NCBI GenBank assembly: GCA_040285745.1
Contig: JAUFOR010000004.1
Span: 1,054,001 to 1,118,000 of the forward strand
Source of the DNA: Barthelona sp. PCE
Taxonomy: Eukaryota
Length of the DNA: 64,000 bases
Direction: 5' to 3'
The position numbers and the translations under genes are program-made. The notes under the pieces were generated by a model that worked only from the letters and a program-made list of their open reading frames with translations, did not search any database and was not told the origin of the DNA. The first letter of the stretch is position 1. Each line of letters begins with the position of its first letter. Of the stretch, positions 45,716 through 56,304 are shown in pieces.

Positions 45716-45772
45716 TAAGCATTAAAAACCTTTTAAAAAGGGAAAAGAAAGTACAAACAATTTTTACAATGG

Positions 45773-47982
45773 CTATTCATTCTTCATAATCTTTAATTGT
45801 TCAGCAAACTCCTCACACATCTGCAACGAGTCATCTAAATCATTCTGCAATCGAGTAATTCTCATATCTTTTAATTGAATTGTACGTCGTAGGTCTCGAA
45901 CCTCATTAACATCCATCTTTGAAACGGCACTGGCCTGTTCACGTAGTTTTGCGTTTTCTTCTCTTAAAAGAATCAATTGAGCTTGTACATTACCATCTTC
46001 TGGATGCTTCAGTTCATATTTTAATGCAACAAGTTCATCTTTTAGAGAATTGGCTTCTTGTTCGTAGGAATCCCGCTCCTTTAGCGCAATATCTAGATTA
46101 CTGCGTAAGGAATTCCCTTCCTTTTGTTCTTTGGTCAATTGGGCCCTAAAGTTTCTGGTTTCAGTTTGTGATACTTCTAAAGCTTCTTGAAGCTGTGCCA
46201 ACTTCTCTGTGTTGCTAACCATGGTCTGAAGCTGTTCCTCGACCTCCTTATTACGACGAGAGAACTCTTGACAGTTCACCGTTAATATGTTGTTTCTCCC
46301 TTTCAAATCTGACATTTTTTCTTCAGCACGGGCCTTGAGCTCGTCGTACTTGACCTGGAATGACCTGAAAAGGTCCTTTGCTTGCTCCAAATCTTTCAAA
46401 ACTTTAACGTTCTTTGTTTGCTCACTTTGTAACATCTCCTTTGTTTCATCATATCTCAATCTGATCTTCTTGTACGCGAGTTCGGTATCCTCCAGAAGCT
46501 TTGAACTCTCATCCAGTTTCTGTTCGTATTCCCGCTTCACCTCGTCTCTGATTTTCTTCTTAGTGTTGTGAACCTTTCTGTCATGGCTTGATTCCAACTC
46601 TAGGACAAGACCTTCATACTCCTGCACACCGCGGTGCAACTGTTGGAGAACGTCTTTTTGACGGTGAACTTCTTTCTCTAATTTCTCATTATCTCTGGAT
46701 TTCTCAATGAGCTCCTGTTGCAACGCTTCAACACGTTCGTTCAGCTCAATGATATGCTCGTCGACGCTCTTCTGAGGAATTTCATCCTCGTAAATGGTGG
46801 CTTCTCCAACAGATAATGTGGGGGATCGGCTACCGTCTGACCCATAGGCTACTGCAACGGATAAACCATCAACGTAATCACTTGTTGCTATCGAGCTTGT
46901 GCGATTGATGCTTGTAGCGCTAGCCAATATGTCCGTGGAAGGAGAAAATGAAAGGCGCTTCTCAGTTTTGATTGGTTTCTCGTTTTCAAAACTTTCTACA
47001 CCTTCCAACTCTTCACCAGTTTCGAACGATGTCAGTTTCAGGTGACTTCTCTCATGTGGCGGGGAAAGATCCTCATCAACAGCACCAGGTTGTGCCTCTT
47101 GAAGTTCAATTGGGGGTGTAGCTAATGTTTTTGCCTTTGCAGAAACAGTGTGCGATTTAGAGAGTGAAACTAACGGCGAAATGACTTCTTCCTCAAGTAT
47201 AGAAGTGGTGCGAGGAAGAGGAGTTGATCGTGATGAAGGAGTTTTTAAGTTCAAAATCTCCTTTGTTTTGTTGGGAGTTTGTGTAGGACTTTGGGTAGAA
47301 AGTCGAGATCTAGCTGTTGTTTTGAGAGGTGAACGGCGGTTCTTCTCCTCTTCCTTACGCTTGATGTCATGTAGGAGCTCATTGGCCTCAACTAAGTTGG
47401 GGTTCTGATCTAAGATGATCAAAACTTCGGTTTCGAGCTGAATTATATCAATAGAGTTCAAACAGTTGCGCAAGATCTGTGCCACATCCCCTCTGAGGAT
47501 CTCAGTGGGGGATTGTAGTTGCCTGGCAAGGAAATTGAGCACCTCACTATCAGGCTCACAAACCGCCATCAATTGCTCGAGTGTGGTTCGTGCTGCGGTT
47601 CGCGCATTGGCCGTACCCAGGACCTCGACGATCGCACGAGCATATTCCATTAAATATTCGCTCATATAACCCTTAAGATGATTGCCAAAATTCCCAATTG
47701 CCAACAGTGATGCTTGTAGTAAAGAACTACGCTTGCCCCTCAGTAACCCGCACAGGATGGGCGTTATGTCACCCAGATGGAAGAGCAAATACTTCTGGAG
47801 AGCAGTATGTGAAGCGTAATCGCCAATTTTCCGTAGAGTATCTAGTTTGACCCACCAGTCGACGTCTTCGGCGTCAAGCTTGCGTATGTTGTTGCGGAGC
47901 TCATGCTAAAAATTAGAAAGCAAAAATATTTAAGAAAAATTCATACGGCGCTATCCGATTCAGGATTCATAGGTGAATTCAT
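45773..47982 (-). CDS. TOG/CLASP-N-like HEAT domain plus C-terminal TACC coiled-coil protein (exons 47982-47947 and 47905-45773; 722 aa)
   Basis: After splicing: DVDWWVKLDTLRKI..LRGKRSSLLQAS (TOG-like HEAT). C-terminal TELAYKKIRLRYDETKEM..KYDELKARAEEKM..LQMCEEF resembles the TACC domain. Confidence 0.7.
47906..47946 (-). other. Spliceosomal intron (41 nt)
   Basis: GTATGA..TCTAATTTTTAG. The terminal TAG is an in-frame stop for exon 2, and splicing links it to the ATG at 47982 in phase 0. Confidence 0.85.
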
Positions 47983-48090
47983 GCTATTGCGCTCAATATC
48001 CTCGTAAAAACGGGTAAAAAGAAAGAAAAGGGATAAAAAATGAAAACGAAAAAAAAAACCTGCAATAACACACCTTGTTTATTAATAACG

Positions 48091-51000
48091 TTATTCGCTT
48101 TTTGAACTCATCTGTGACATCGAACTCAACCTTCTTTTCCTCTTTTTAAGTTCTAACTTTCTTAATGGATTGAATGTTTCATCTTTTAAGGTTCTTTTAA
48201 TAGGGGCCGGTGAATGAAACATTCCACCCTTCACTTTCTTCCCTAACTTCCGCTCACGCATAAATTGTTTAAAGTATAGACTGTCAGGGTTTGTGAAAAA
48301 ATCAACCATGATACCAACCCCTTCTTTATACTCTTTCAACAGTTGTTTAAGAAAGACAATGCCAGTTGTTTTGTTAAACGCATCCATTTTGTTCTGAATT
48401 CTAGTTTCACGTTCAGCAAGTACTGCAAGAGATTTTCGTTGCTTTTTTTGAATTGTCATACCTTCATCATATGTGTCTCTAGCGATGTCGTAGAGCATGC
48501 GATACCGCTGGATTTCAGCACCAAATGATACCACAGACAGTTTCAAACGTCTATTTTCAATCTCTAACCTCTTCTTCTCAGCCAACTGCTTCTCATAATC
48601 AAGAACTCGTTCATGTAACATCATGATTGTACGCTCAAGCATCATTGTACGTTCATTCATACTTCTTACGTTAAACATATGTGCTGTCATGCGTGTCACC
48701 AGTTCATTTGATAGTAGAACAAAATGATTAAAAGGATGATGTCTTTCATCAGCATGAAGCATCTCAAACGGAAGCATTCCACTGAAATATCTCTCAACAT
48801 CTTCAAATTTCTGTCCAATAATTGGAAAATCAAATTCAGATTGGCCTTCCGAATCAGAAAATTCAAATAATTCAGAACTTACATTCATTAAATCATTAAA
48901 CTCAGTATCAATCATGCGTGCGATATCTGAGGTGTCAAGGGAATCTACATGAGGTATTGGAAAACGTACAATATTAGACCGGCACTCCTGCTCTGATGAA
49001 AGAAAAGCTTCAGGAATAAATTTTTGAAGTGGTGGTCTTAGCGATGGAATTCCACTGATGTTGCTGATCGGAACATGCTCCAGCACACCCATACTTTTAT
49101 GACTAGTGAGACTTTTATGTAGAACAGAGTAAGAAATTGCCAGTGATTCTGATGTAGCATATCCAACACTTTTCTTGTTATCGATTTCTATGAATGCGTT
49201 TGAAATAGCAACGGTGATGACATCTTCTGCTACCTCACGAATGAAATCCATGCTGACTGGTTTAGGCTCATCACACCTGTATATTTGATCAAGAATATGC
49301 TCGACACGACGGTTACCTCTATCTATATTATGTGTAAAGGAGCTCTCGTTGAGGAGCACCTTCCCAATTTTAATGCGGAAATCAGATAGAACACAAACGC
49401 TGGCGTTGAGTAATCGTTGAAATTTTTCGTTCTTTCCAGTCTCTGAACATAACATTGTATGAAGTTTCTGTGCGTCCTCGTTCAATTCTTCCATCTCCAT
49501 ACGGTGCTCATCCTCAATATCTTCAAGTTGTTCACTGAACATACGTCTGTTCTCATCAATGACCGTTTCATAATGGGAAGTCAATTTCTGCATTCTGTCA
49601 TCACCGTTATCCATCAGCAGCTGCTTTTCCTTCTCATAGCTCTCCACCACGGAACGTCGGACCTCCTGTAATGCTTCAGCAGAAGCAGCATCTTTCTCTT
49701 TCATTTCCTGTTTGTACCTTGCCTTCATCTCAGACATCTCAGCTTGCAGAGAACGGATGATCTCGTCCCTTTGGGCCAAGGCCTCATCACTCTGCTGGGT
49801 GATATGCGATATTTGTCCCACAAATCTAGTTTCTGTTTCCTCCATCAGTTTTCTGTTGCTATCCATAATTTCTGTGATCTCTTCCTCGTACTCAGCCTCA
49901 ATTGCTCTTGTTTTAGATTGAAGCTCTTCCTCATGCAAAATTCTTGCCTCTTCGACATTCTTTGACGTTTGTGCAATCAAGTTCTGAAGAGATTCAAGCT
50001 CATTTGTTAACTCTCCCTGACGCTCGTCCATGCCACGCTTCTTTAGTTCATAGTCAGCTTCCATCTCTGCATTTGCTGCAATTAATTGGGCTTGGCGGTC
50101 TTCTAAAGTCTTGATCTCCACTTCATTTTCCAACTTTTCACGTTCAAGCTCGTCAACCTTTGCGTTTTGGGATGCATATTTATCAACCAACCAGTCATTC
50201 TTTCCTTCAATATCAAAAATTCGTTCCATTAGCTCTTCCTCCTTTTGCTTGAACTGTGCCTCAAGCACCTCGTTCTTACCAGTAGACTCCTCTGCAACTG
50301 CCAACTGATGTTCTAACTGTTTTATCCGCTCATTGTTCTGCTCTCTATTAGATAACTCCACAGTTAATCGTGCCAGTTTCTCTGCTGTCTGATCCAATTC
50401 CAGCTGCAGCTTCTGTGCCAGCGCTTTGTAGTCAACAAACACGTTCTTGCGTGCACGTGTCTGAACCTTACATGCTCGCTGGGCGAATAGAAGAGTGGAG
50501 TACGACTCACTACTGTGTTTAAGCAATGGGCTCAGAGTGCAAATCATCACTGTCCTGCTGTTGCCACCGAGGCAGTCTTTCAACAGACGTGTGAGTTTGG
50601 AATCCCGATATGGAACAAACGCATCAGATCGACCCTGAGACAAGATATTGACAACACTACCGAGAACACTCAATGATTGGTTGATGGCAGCAGCCTCCTG
50701 TTTACGGACACCCGACGTCGCACCGCTCACCTTAATGCGTTCCGAACCAGCTAAATCACAGAGCATAAGACGAGAAGAAACTACTCCGCGATTACCAGAG
50801 ACGTAGTTAGGATCATTGAGTTGATCACGATCAACGTGTTCAAACTTATCGATGTTTACGATTAAAACTGCATGTGAACGAGATGATGTAGCATTCAGGT
50901 GAGTGAATGCAGTAACACGGTTTTCATGACCCATAGATATGAGATTAACGACATCATCAACACTATTGACCTCATGTCGAGACAGGCCCGCCACAAAAAT

Positions 51001-51510
51001 ACCATAGTCTGGATCTTCACGGATGACCAATTTTGAATTTTCAGGAACAAATAGATCTTGGAGCATTTCACAATAAATTTGCACATAGCTCACGGTGACA
51101 AGGGTTTTCCTGTCCAGATCCTTTCGTTTTTCCTGGAATATATGTTTCATTGCACGGGGAATGATACCTTCGTGCTTGGTGTGCAGACCCTCATCGTTTA
51201 ACAGTGTATATGTCTTACCAGAGCCTGACTGTCCGTAACAAAGGACACATGCATTGTATCCAGAGAGGGTATAGTCCACTGCTCGTTGCATTCTCTCGAA
51301 AACTTGTTTCTGGTTTGTGCTTTCTTGTAAAATAGAGTCAAAGCTGAACTTTTTCGAGCTCTTGAACCCATATGACCGATTAATGGTTAGTTCTTGGTTG
51401 TCAATGGTTAAAGCCCTATCAACATCGTTATTTTCCAGTTCTTTTGGCAAAACTGGCCGCACACGTATCACAACATCAACGTTATTTTGGACTGATGCCA
51501 GTGAATCCAT
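48091..51510 (-). CDS. Kinesin with N-terminal motor domain and long coiled coil
   Basis: IRVRP, YGQSGSGKTYT, NATSSRSH, DLAGSER, VPYRDSKLTRLLKDCLGGNSRT. Likely start MDSLAS at 51510. Confidence 0.93.
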   Translation of the reverse strand: MDSLASVQNNVDVVIRVRPVLPKELENNDVDRALTIDNQELTINRSYGFKSSKKFSFDSILQESTNQKQVFERMQRAVDYTLSGYNACVLCYGQSGSGKTYTLLNDEGLHTKHEGIIPRAMKHIFQEKRKDLDRKTLVTVSYVQIYCEMLQDLFVPENSKLVIREDPDYGIFVAGLSRHEVNSVDDVVNLISMGHENRVTAFTHLNATSSRSHAVLIVNIDKFEHVDRDQLNDPNYVSGNRGVVSSRLMLCDLAGSERIKVSGATSGVRKQEAAAINQSLSVLGSVVNILSQGRSDAFVPYRDSKLTRLLKDCLGGNSRTVMICTLSPLLKHSSESYSTLLFAQRACKVQTRARKNVFVDYKALAQKLQLELDQTAEKLARLTVELSNREQNNERIKQLEHQLAVAEESTGKNEVLEAQFKQKEEELMERIFDIEGKNDWLVDKYASQNAKVDELEREKLENEVEIKTLEDRQAQLIAANAEMEADYELKKRGMDERQGELTNELESLQNLIAQTSKNVEEARILHEEELQSKTRAIEAEYEEEITEIMDSNRKLMEETETRFVGQISHITQQSDEALAQRDEIIRSLQAEMSEMKARYKQEMKEKDAASAEALQEVRRSVVESYEKEKQLLMDNGDDRMQKLTSHYETVIDENRRMFSEQLEDIEDEHRMEMEELNEDAQKLHTMLCSETGKNEKFQRLLNASVCVLSDFRIKIGKVLLNESSFTHNIDRGNRRVEHILDQIYRCDEPKPVSMDFIREVAEDVITVAISNAFIEIDNKKSVGYATSESLAISYSVLHKSLTSHKSMGVLEHVPISNISGIPSLRPPLQKFIPEAFLSSEQECRSNIVRFPIPHVDSLDTSDIARMIDTEFNDLMNVSSELFEFSDSEGQSEFDFPIIGQKFEDVERYFSGMLPFEMLHADERHHPFNHFVLLSNELVTRMTAHMFNVRSMNERTMMLERTIMMLHERVLDYEKQLAEKKRLEIENRRLKLSVVSFGAEIQRYRMLYDIARDTYDEGMTIQKKQRKSLAVLAERETRIQNKMDAFNKTTGIVFLKQLLKEYKEGVGIMVDFFTNPDSLYFKQFMRERKLGKKVKGGMFHSPAPIKRTLKDETFNPLRKLELKKRKRRLSSMSQMSSKSE

Positions 51511-51558
51511 ATTCAATGGATGAAAAGGATTAAAAATGTGTAATAACACAAGAATCGT

Positions 51559-52530
51559 TTATTTTTCTCCTTGAATAAGGGTTTGGAGCCCCTCCTTCGG
51601 AATCTCCATCTCTCCTAAAAACGGAAGACATATTTCTTCATCTACACCATGAGCAGGTAAAACAAAAACTTTTCTACCCAAATCTATACAAGCGGAGAAC
51701 TGACGCATGAAGTCAAGACCCAATATAAAGTGTTCAACCGGACTATTTAGGACCATGAGTGGATACATAAAAAAATCTTCGCCAAGCTTTAATTGCGTTA
51801 TATGAATCACACCTAATGAACGTGAATTCCCCACTCCAGACACTAGCGAGGCGAAACGGGTATCAATAAGCTTGGAAATACCACATCTTTCAGCAAGAGC
51901 AGCAGTTATTATAGTTTTTTGTGCTCCAGTATCAACAAAAGCTTTCACTGGAACATTATTAATTGTTATATTAATATAAAGCATGGTTACTGGAACAAGT
52001 GATGATGGAAGCTCGTTATTTCGTATCATATAATCATTATCAATTCTTTGTTTTGCTTCAAGTTCTTCTCTGATTGCAATAGATTCAGGTGTGTTATGAT
52101 TAGAGACAGAACGTGCATGTTTGTTCATGATACGATCGTATGATGGTTGATCATGTTTAGCTAGAGCTTCTGCTAAACGACTATTTCGTGATTGCAATTG
52201 CTCAAAAGCTTTCTCATTGCGCATAATAAAGTTTCTTGACTTGACAAAGTTCTGTGCATCCGCTGGATCAATGTCAGCAAGAGTTAGATCTCCAGGTTCA
52301 ACGTTTTTAACCTGAATAATGATAGGATCTGTTTCGTTGACTCGTACGGGATAATCACTCACCTTACACGAGTCGTGCATCTCTAGGTAGTGTGATGTCA
52401 GCAAAGCTACTTGGTTTGAGCTTTTGTTGACTTGTCGAGCAGCAATTCGTTTAAGCGTGGCTACAGATGATTCTTCTGAAAAAGGAGTGGTGATCTCCGT
52501 TTCAGATCCCATGAACCGCAAGATAAGCAT
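51559..52530 (-). CDS. DDI1: DDI1 (ubiquitin-like domain plus retroviral-type aspartyl protease)
   Basis: VTMLYINITINNVPVKAFVDTGAQKTI..AERCGI..LIDTRF..GVG; FILGLDFMR..ACIDL. Confidence 0.9.
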   Translation of the reverse strand: MLILRFMGSETEITTPFSEESSVATLKRIAARQVNKSSNQVALLTSHYLEMHDSCKVSDYPVRVNETDPIIIQVKNVEPGDLTLADIDPADAQNFVKSRNFIMRNEKAFEQLQSRNSRLAEALAKHDQPSYDRIMNKHARSVSNHNTPESIAIREELEAKQRIDNDYMIRNNELPSSLVPVTMLYINITINNVPVKAFVDTGAQKTIITAALAERCGISKLIDTRFASLVSGVGNSRSLGVIHITQLKLGEDFFMYPLMVLNSPVEHFILGLDFMRQFSACIDLGRKVFVLPAHGVDEEICLPFLGEMEIPKEGLQTLIQGEK

Positions 52531-52845
52531 TAAAATAAGGAAATGAAAGAGGAATAAATTGGAAAACACTTCCCAAAATTGTTTTTCTATATAATAAAGC
52601 CAAGAAAAGGTAATATAAGTGTTTTTTTGTGGTCAAACAACCATTGCATTATAGAACAGCCGGTAAAATAACTTGTTAATATTTTATCTTCCCTTATCCA
52701 AACGTTTTTGGGCTAAAAAGATTTTGCAGCGATTTTAAACAATAATTAACCGCTGTATACACATAATATTCCATCACAAACAAAGCATAATCACCGTTTA
52801 ATTTTGTAGCATATATCAGTCATCCGCACACCATTTATAATCGAT

Positions 52846-53646
52846 ATGAACCGATATTTCCATAAGTTAATCTTTGAAATCGAGACAAGAACGCATAATT
52901 TAGACAGACAACAACAAATACGTATTCGAAAATGGCTTGAAGCATTATCAACTCCATTGACGAGCAAAACATTTAAAAGACATAGGAACAACTATGCAAA
53001 GTTCCTTCTATATCAAATTGTAAGGTACAATCGTCTGGAAGATCCTTTTGATGAACTACCAAAATTTTCTTACAATATACCAAATTTTTTACCATGTTAC
53101 AGGAACATTGTTGGAGATTGGAAGCCCAAATTCCAATCTGAAAGCGCGTTTGAGAAGACTATAGGAGCTCCATTACAGAAGTTATTACCCCAAAATGATG
53201 TACATGGTTTAGTAGATGATTTTCAATCTGTTACGAGTCAGAACATGTATACATTTCTGAACAAAAGAAATCAGAAGAAAAGAAAGAAAGGTAAGGCATC
53301 CACACTTATTAATATGTCATTTAATAATGAAGAAGAGGCATTAATGGCTACTAATACATCATCACAAAGTTTAACAACATACATTACTCCCTCCGTAAAA
53401 GATAATACTATGGACATGGACATGGAAACTCTAAGAATTGAAAATGTTTATCTTCGTCAACAAATACAAATACTAAAGAATGAAGAAAGTCCAATGGTTT
53501 TTTCACCAATGAGTGTACATAAAAAATCTAAAAGGGATGACTGGGAGTTATTTTCTCCTTCAAAAATACCTTTTACACCAGAACCTGATACACCAGAACC
53601 TCAAGGTGAATCTGTTCTGATAGATATGTTGAGTCCAGATAGATAA
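52846..53646 (+). CDS. DUF4485 (CEP112 N-terminal-like) domain protein
   Basis: QIRIRKWLEAL..KRHRNNYAKFLL..LEDPFDELP. Confidence 0.7.
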   Translation: MNRYFHKLIFEIETRTHNLDRQQQIRIRKWLEALSTPLTSKTFKRHRNNYAKFLLYQIVRYNRLEDPFDELPKFSYNIPNFLPCYRNIVGDWKPKFQSESAFEKTIGAPLQKLLPQNDVHGLVDDFQSVTSQNMYTFLNKRNQKKRKKGKASTLINMSFNNEEEALMATNTSSQSLTTYITPSVKDNTMDMDMETLRIENVYLRQQIQILKNEESPMVFSPMSVHKKSKRDDWELFSPSKIPFTPEPDTPEPQGESVLIDMLSPDR

Positions 53647-53689
53647 ATGCAAAAAAAAGTAGTAAAAAACGTTAATTTTTATTTACTAA

Positions 53690-55456
53690 TTAGTTCTCGT
53701 ACATAGACAAGTTAATAAAACTCTCCTTCAGATCCTTACTGAGTTGTTCTAACACTTCCAAACCTGTTTCCATATCATCAGGCATGATCTGCTTTTGACG
53801 TGCAATTCTTTCAAGCAATTCTTCAGTCTCCTCAACGATGATACGCACAGTGACACCATTTGTGACAAGTTTGGTTGCTTCACTTGCCCAGAGTAATAAA
53901 TTCTTGATGATTCCACCTGTTTTCCAGATTGGGGACGAGTAATCAAAAGGTGTGAATCCATTTTGCTGTAAGAAATCTTCCCTGATCATACGTGCAACCT
54001 CTAGGTCAAGTAAATCTGACTGAGGCATGGAATCCTTACCAGCAACCTTAACGACTTCAAGTAAAAGTGCTTCCTTTGCAAGATATTCCTTGACAACATC
54101 AACATGCTCCTCTAGATCCTTAATGTAGTCATATTTAGAATATGACTGCCCCCAACCGATAGCGGGGAAGTGCTTACGTTGGGCAAGAGACTTGTCCAAG
54201 GCCCAGAAAGCTTGGACAATATTCATGGTTGCGACACACACGGGATCACTGAAGTCACCACCTGGTGGAGATACAGCAGCAATAATTGTAACAGAACCTT
54301 CACGTTTTGGTGATCCGATACATTCAACACGACCACCACGCTCATAAAACCCTGAAAGACGAGTGCCCAGGTAAGCAGGGAAGCCACCATCCGCAGGCAT
54401 TTCACCCAGACGACCAGAGATTTCACGGAGTGCTTCAGCCCAACGCGATGATGAATCAACCATGATAGAAACATTGAAGCCAATGTCACGGAAGTATTCA
54501 GAGATAGTAATACCACTGTAGATTGATGCTTCACGGGAAGCAACAGGCATATTAGAAGTATTAGCCATGATTACAGTACGGTCCATGATGGGAATATCTG
54601 AGTTACCGACCTTGAGCTTTGGGAAATCACGGAGCATTTCTGCCACCTCATTACCACGTTCACCAGCCGCTACATACACAATGATATCTGAATTAGAATG
54701 CTTAGCCAAAGAATGCAAGAGCACAGACTTTCCATTACCAAACGCACCAGGGATAGCGCAAGTGGCACCTAACTTCAAAGGGAAGAGCGCATCGAGGACA
54801 CGTTGGCCAGATACAAGTGGTTCTTTTGCAACAAGCTTCTCGATTTTAGGTCTAGCCCTTCTCACAGGCCATTTCTGACACATTGTGTGTTTTGTCTCAA
54901 CGCCGTTGTATTCCGTAACAGCGATCACTTCGTCTATTGTATACTCACCTTCAGGAGCGACGAACTTTAAAACACCACGGTAATCGGGATGCATGGGAAT
55001 ATTGTGTTTGACAATTGGTGTCTCTTGGACCCAACCGAGGTAGTCACCACCAGAAACTACGTCGCCGACCTTATATTCACCAGGGTGAAAGAGCCACAGT
55101 TTATGATGGTCGAGTGGGGGGACATCAATACCATTAGGGATGAACACAGACTTTGCAATGGCCTCAATACGGGTAAGAGGGCGTTGGATACCATCGAAAA
55201 CCGTAGAAACAAGACCAGGACCTAATTCAACTGAAAGAGATTCACCAGTTCTGAAAACAGGATCTCCTACAGAAATACCTGCAGTTTCCTCATAACACTG
55301 AATGGTCGCCTTGTCAGCTGAAAGCTTGATGATCTCACCTACAAGCTTTTCGTGACCACATCGAACAACTTCATGCATAGTACAACCTCTAATACCACCA
55401 GCAATAATGACAGGGCCTGAAATACCCTCAATAACACCGGGTTCGAACTCAACCAT
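53690..55456 (-). CDS. ATP6V1A: V-type H+-ATPase catalytic subunit A (divergent)
   Basis: SGPVI, LVGEII, YEETAG, SVELGPG, IPGAFGNGKS, GERGNE, ANTSNMPVASREASIYSGITISEYFRD, SRWAEALREISGRL, AVSPPGGDFSDPV, FLQQNG. Likely start MVEFEP at 55456. Confidence 0.95.
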   Translation of the reverse strand: MVEFEPGVIEGISGPVIIAGGIRGCTMHEVVRCGHEKLVGEIIKLSADKATIQCYEETAGISVGDPVFRTGESLSVELGPGLVSTVFDGIQRPLTRIEAIAKSVFIPNGIDVPPLDHHKLWLFHPGEYKVGDVVSGGDYLGWVQETPIVKHNIPMHPDYRGVLKFVAPEGEYTIDEVIAVTEYNGVETKHTMCQKWPVRRARPKIEKLVAKEPLVSGQRVLDALFPLKLGATCAIPGAFGNGKSVLLHSLAKHSNSDIIVYVAAGERGNEVAEMLRDFPKLKVGNSDIPIMDRTVIMANTSNMPVASREASIYSGITISEYFRDIGFNVSIMVDSSSRWAEALREISGRLGEMPADGGFPAYLGTRLSGFYERGGRVECIGSPKREGSVTIIAAVSPPGGDFSDPVCVATMNIVQAFWALDKSLAQRKHFPAIGWGQSYSKYDYIKDLEEHVDVVKEYLAKEALLLEVVKVAGKDSMPQSDLLDLEVARMIREDFLQQNGFTPFDYSSPIWKTGGIIKNLLLWASEATKLVTNGVTVRIIVEETEELLERIARQKQIMPDDMETGLEVLEQLSKDLKESFINLSMYEN

Positions 55457-55967
55457 ATTTAGAAAACTTATAGAATGATGAGAAAAACGATAAAACAAGT
55501 GTTTGTTTTTTGGATCCATATCCATGTATATTTCCGAGACCTAAGGGTTAATTAGCGTATTTTGAACCAAAAATTTGTTCTTTTGAAAAAAAAGTATGCT
55601 CTGGTTCAAAAAGCAACTGCACAATCATCTTAATGTGTTTCACAAATATATTTACACTTACTTAACAAATGAATCCATGGAAATTATTATGAATAAAGCA
55701 AAAAATTTTTTATCGAAGATAGACACACCGATCGCCTCAGGGAAAAGTCATGAGGCAATTGTCTAGCATCTAAAACGATGTCTTGGCAAATGAACAAACT
55801 CATAAAAGAGAAATACTCAAATGCAAGAAAACTCCACATTTACTATTGAACTTGAGCAATGAACCACCTGCTCATGATGTCATAAGCACTAAATTGCTGT
55901 TCAAGCTCCAAATACTGAACTATATTCAGACTATAAAAAAAGAATCATACATATCCTTTAAACCCAA

Positions 55968-56255
55968 TTATAGTTGACCAAACCGCTTTACCTCATATTC
56001 AACTAGGAACCTGGCACAGTTAAAATATTTAAAAGTAAGTCTTTGAACTAAAGCCTGCTGTGAGGGGCTTAACGATTTATCGTTTGTTAACAGCCTACGT
56101 CCCGTTTTCTTCATGATTAAAGCTGAAATATTTGTCGCAGACTGATGAAATGTTTGTCTATTGTTGGAACGCACAACCAATTGCTCCATACGTGCTTGTT
56201 CGTTGTTTTTTCGGACCCTACGCTTATGCACCCACTGTTTCACTCGGTTAAACAT
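55968..56255 (-). CDS. 95-aa protein resembling a small Tim (Tim9/Tim10 family) chaperone without the CX3C cysteines
   Basis: IMKKT-(17 aa, ..KSLSPSQQA)-LVQRL-TFKYF aligns by eye with the small-Tim pattern CxKKC-(~16 aa, ..L...E..)-CxxRC-xxKYF. Confidence 0.45.
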   Translation of the reverse strand: MFNRVKQWVHKRRVRKNNEQARMEQLVVRSNNRQTFHQSATNISALIMKKTGRRLLTNDKSLSPSQQALVQRLTFKYFNCARFLVEYEVKRFGQL

Positions 56256-56304
56256 TGTGCAAGTGTAAAAACAGAAAGAATTGAATGAGATTTCTATTTA
56301 CAAA

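Noticed and set aside
55560-55611. 10-bp inverted repeat TTTTGAACCA/TGGTTCAAAA upstream of V-ATPase A
   Set aside because: Short and AT-rich, with no TSD or second copy seen in the window.
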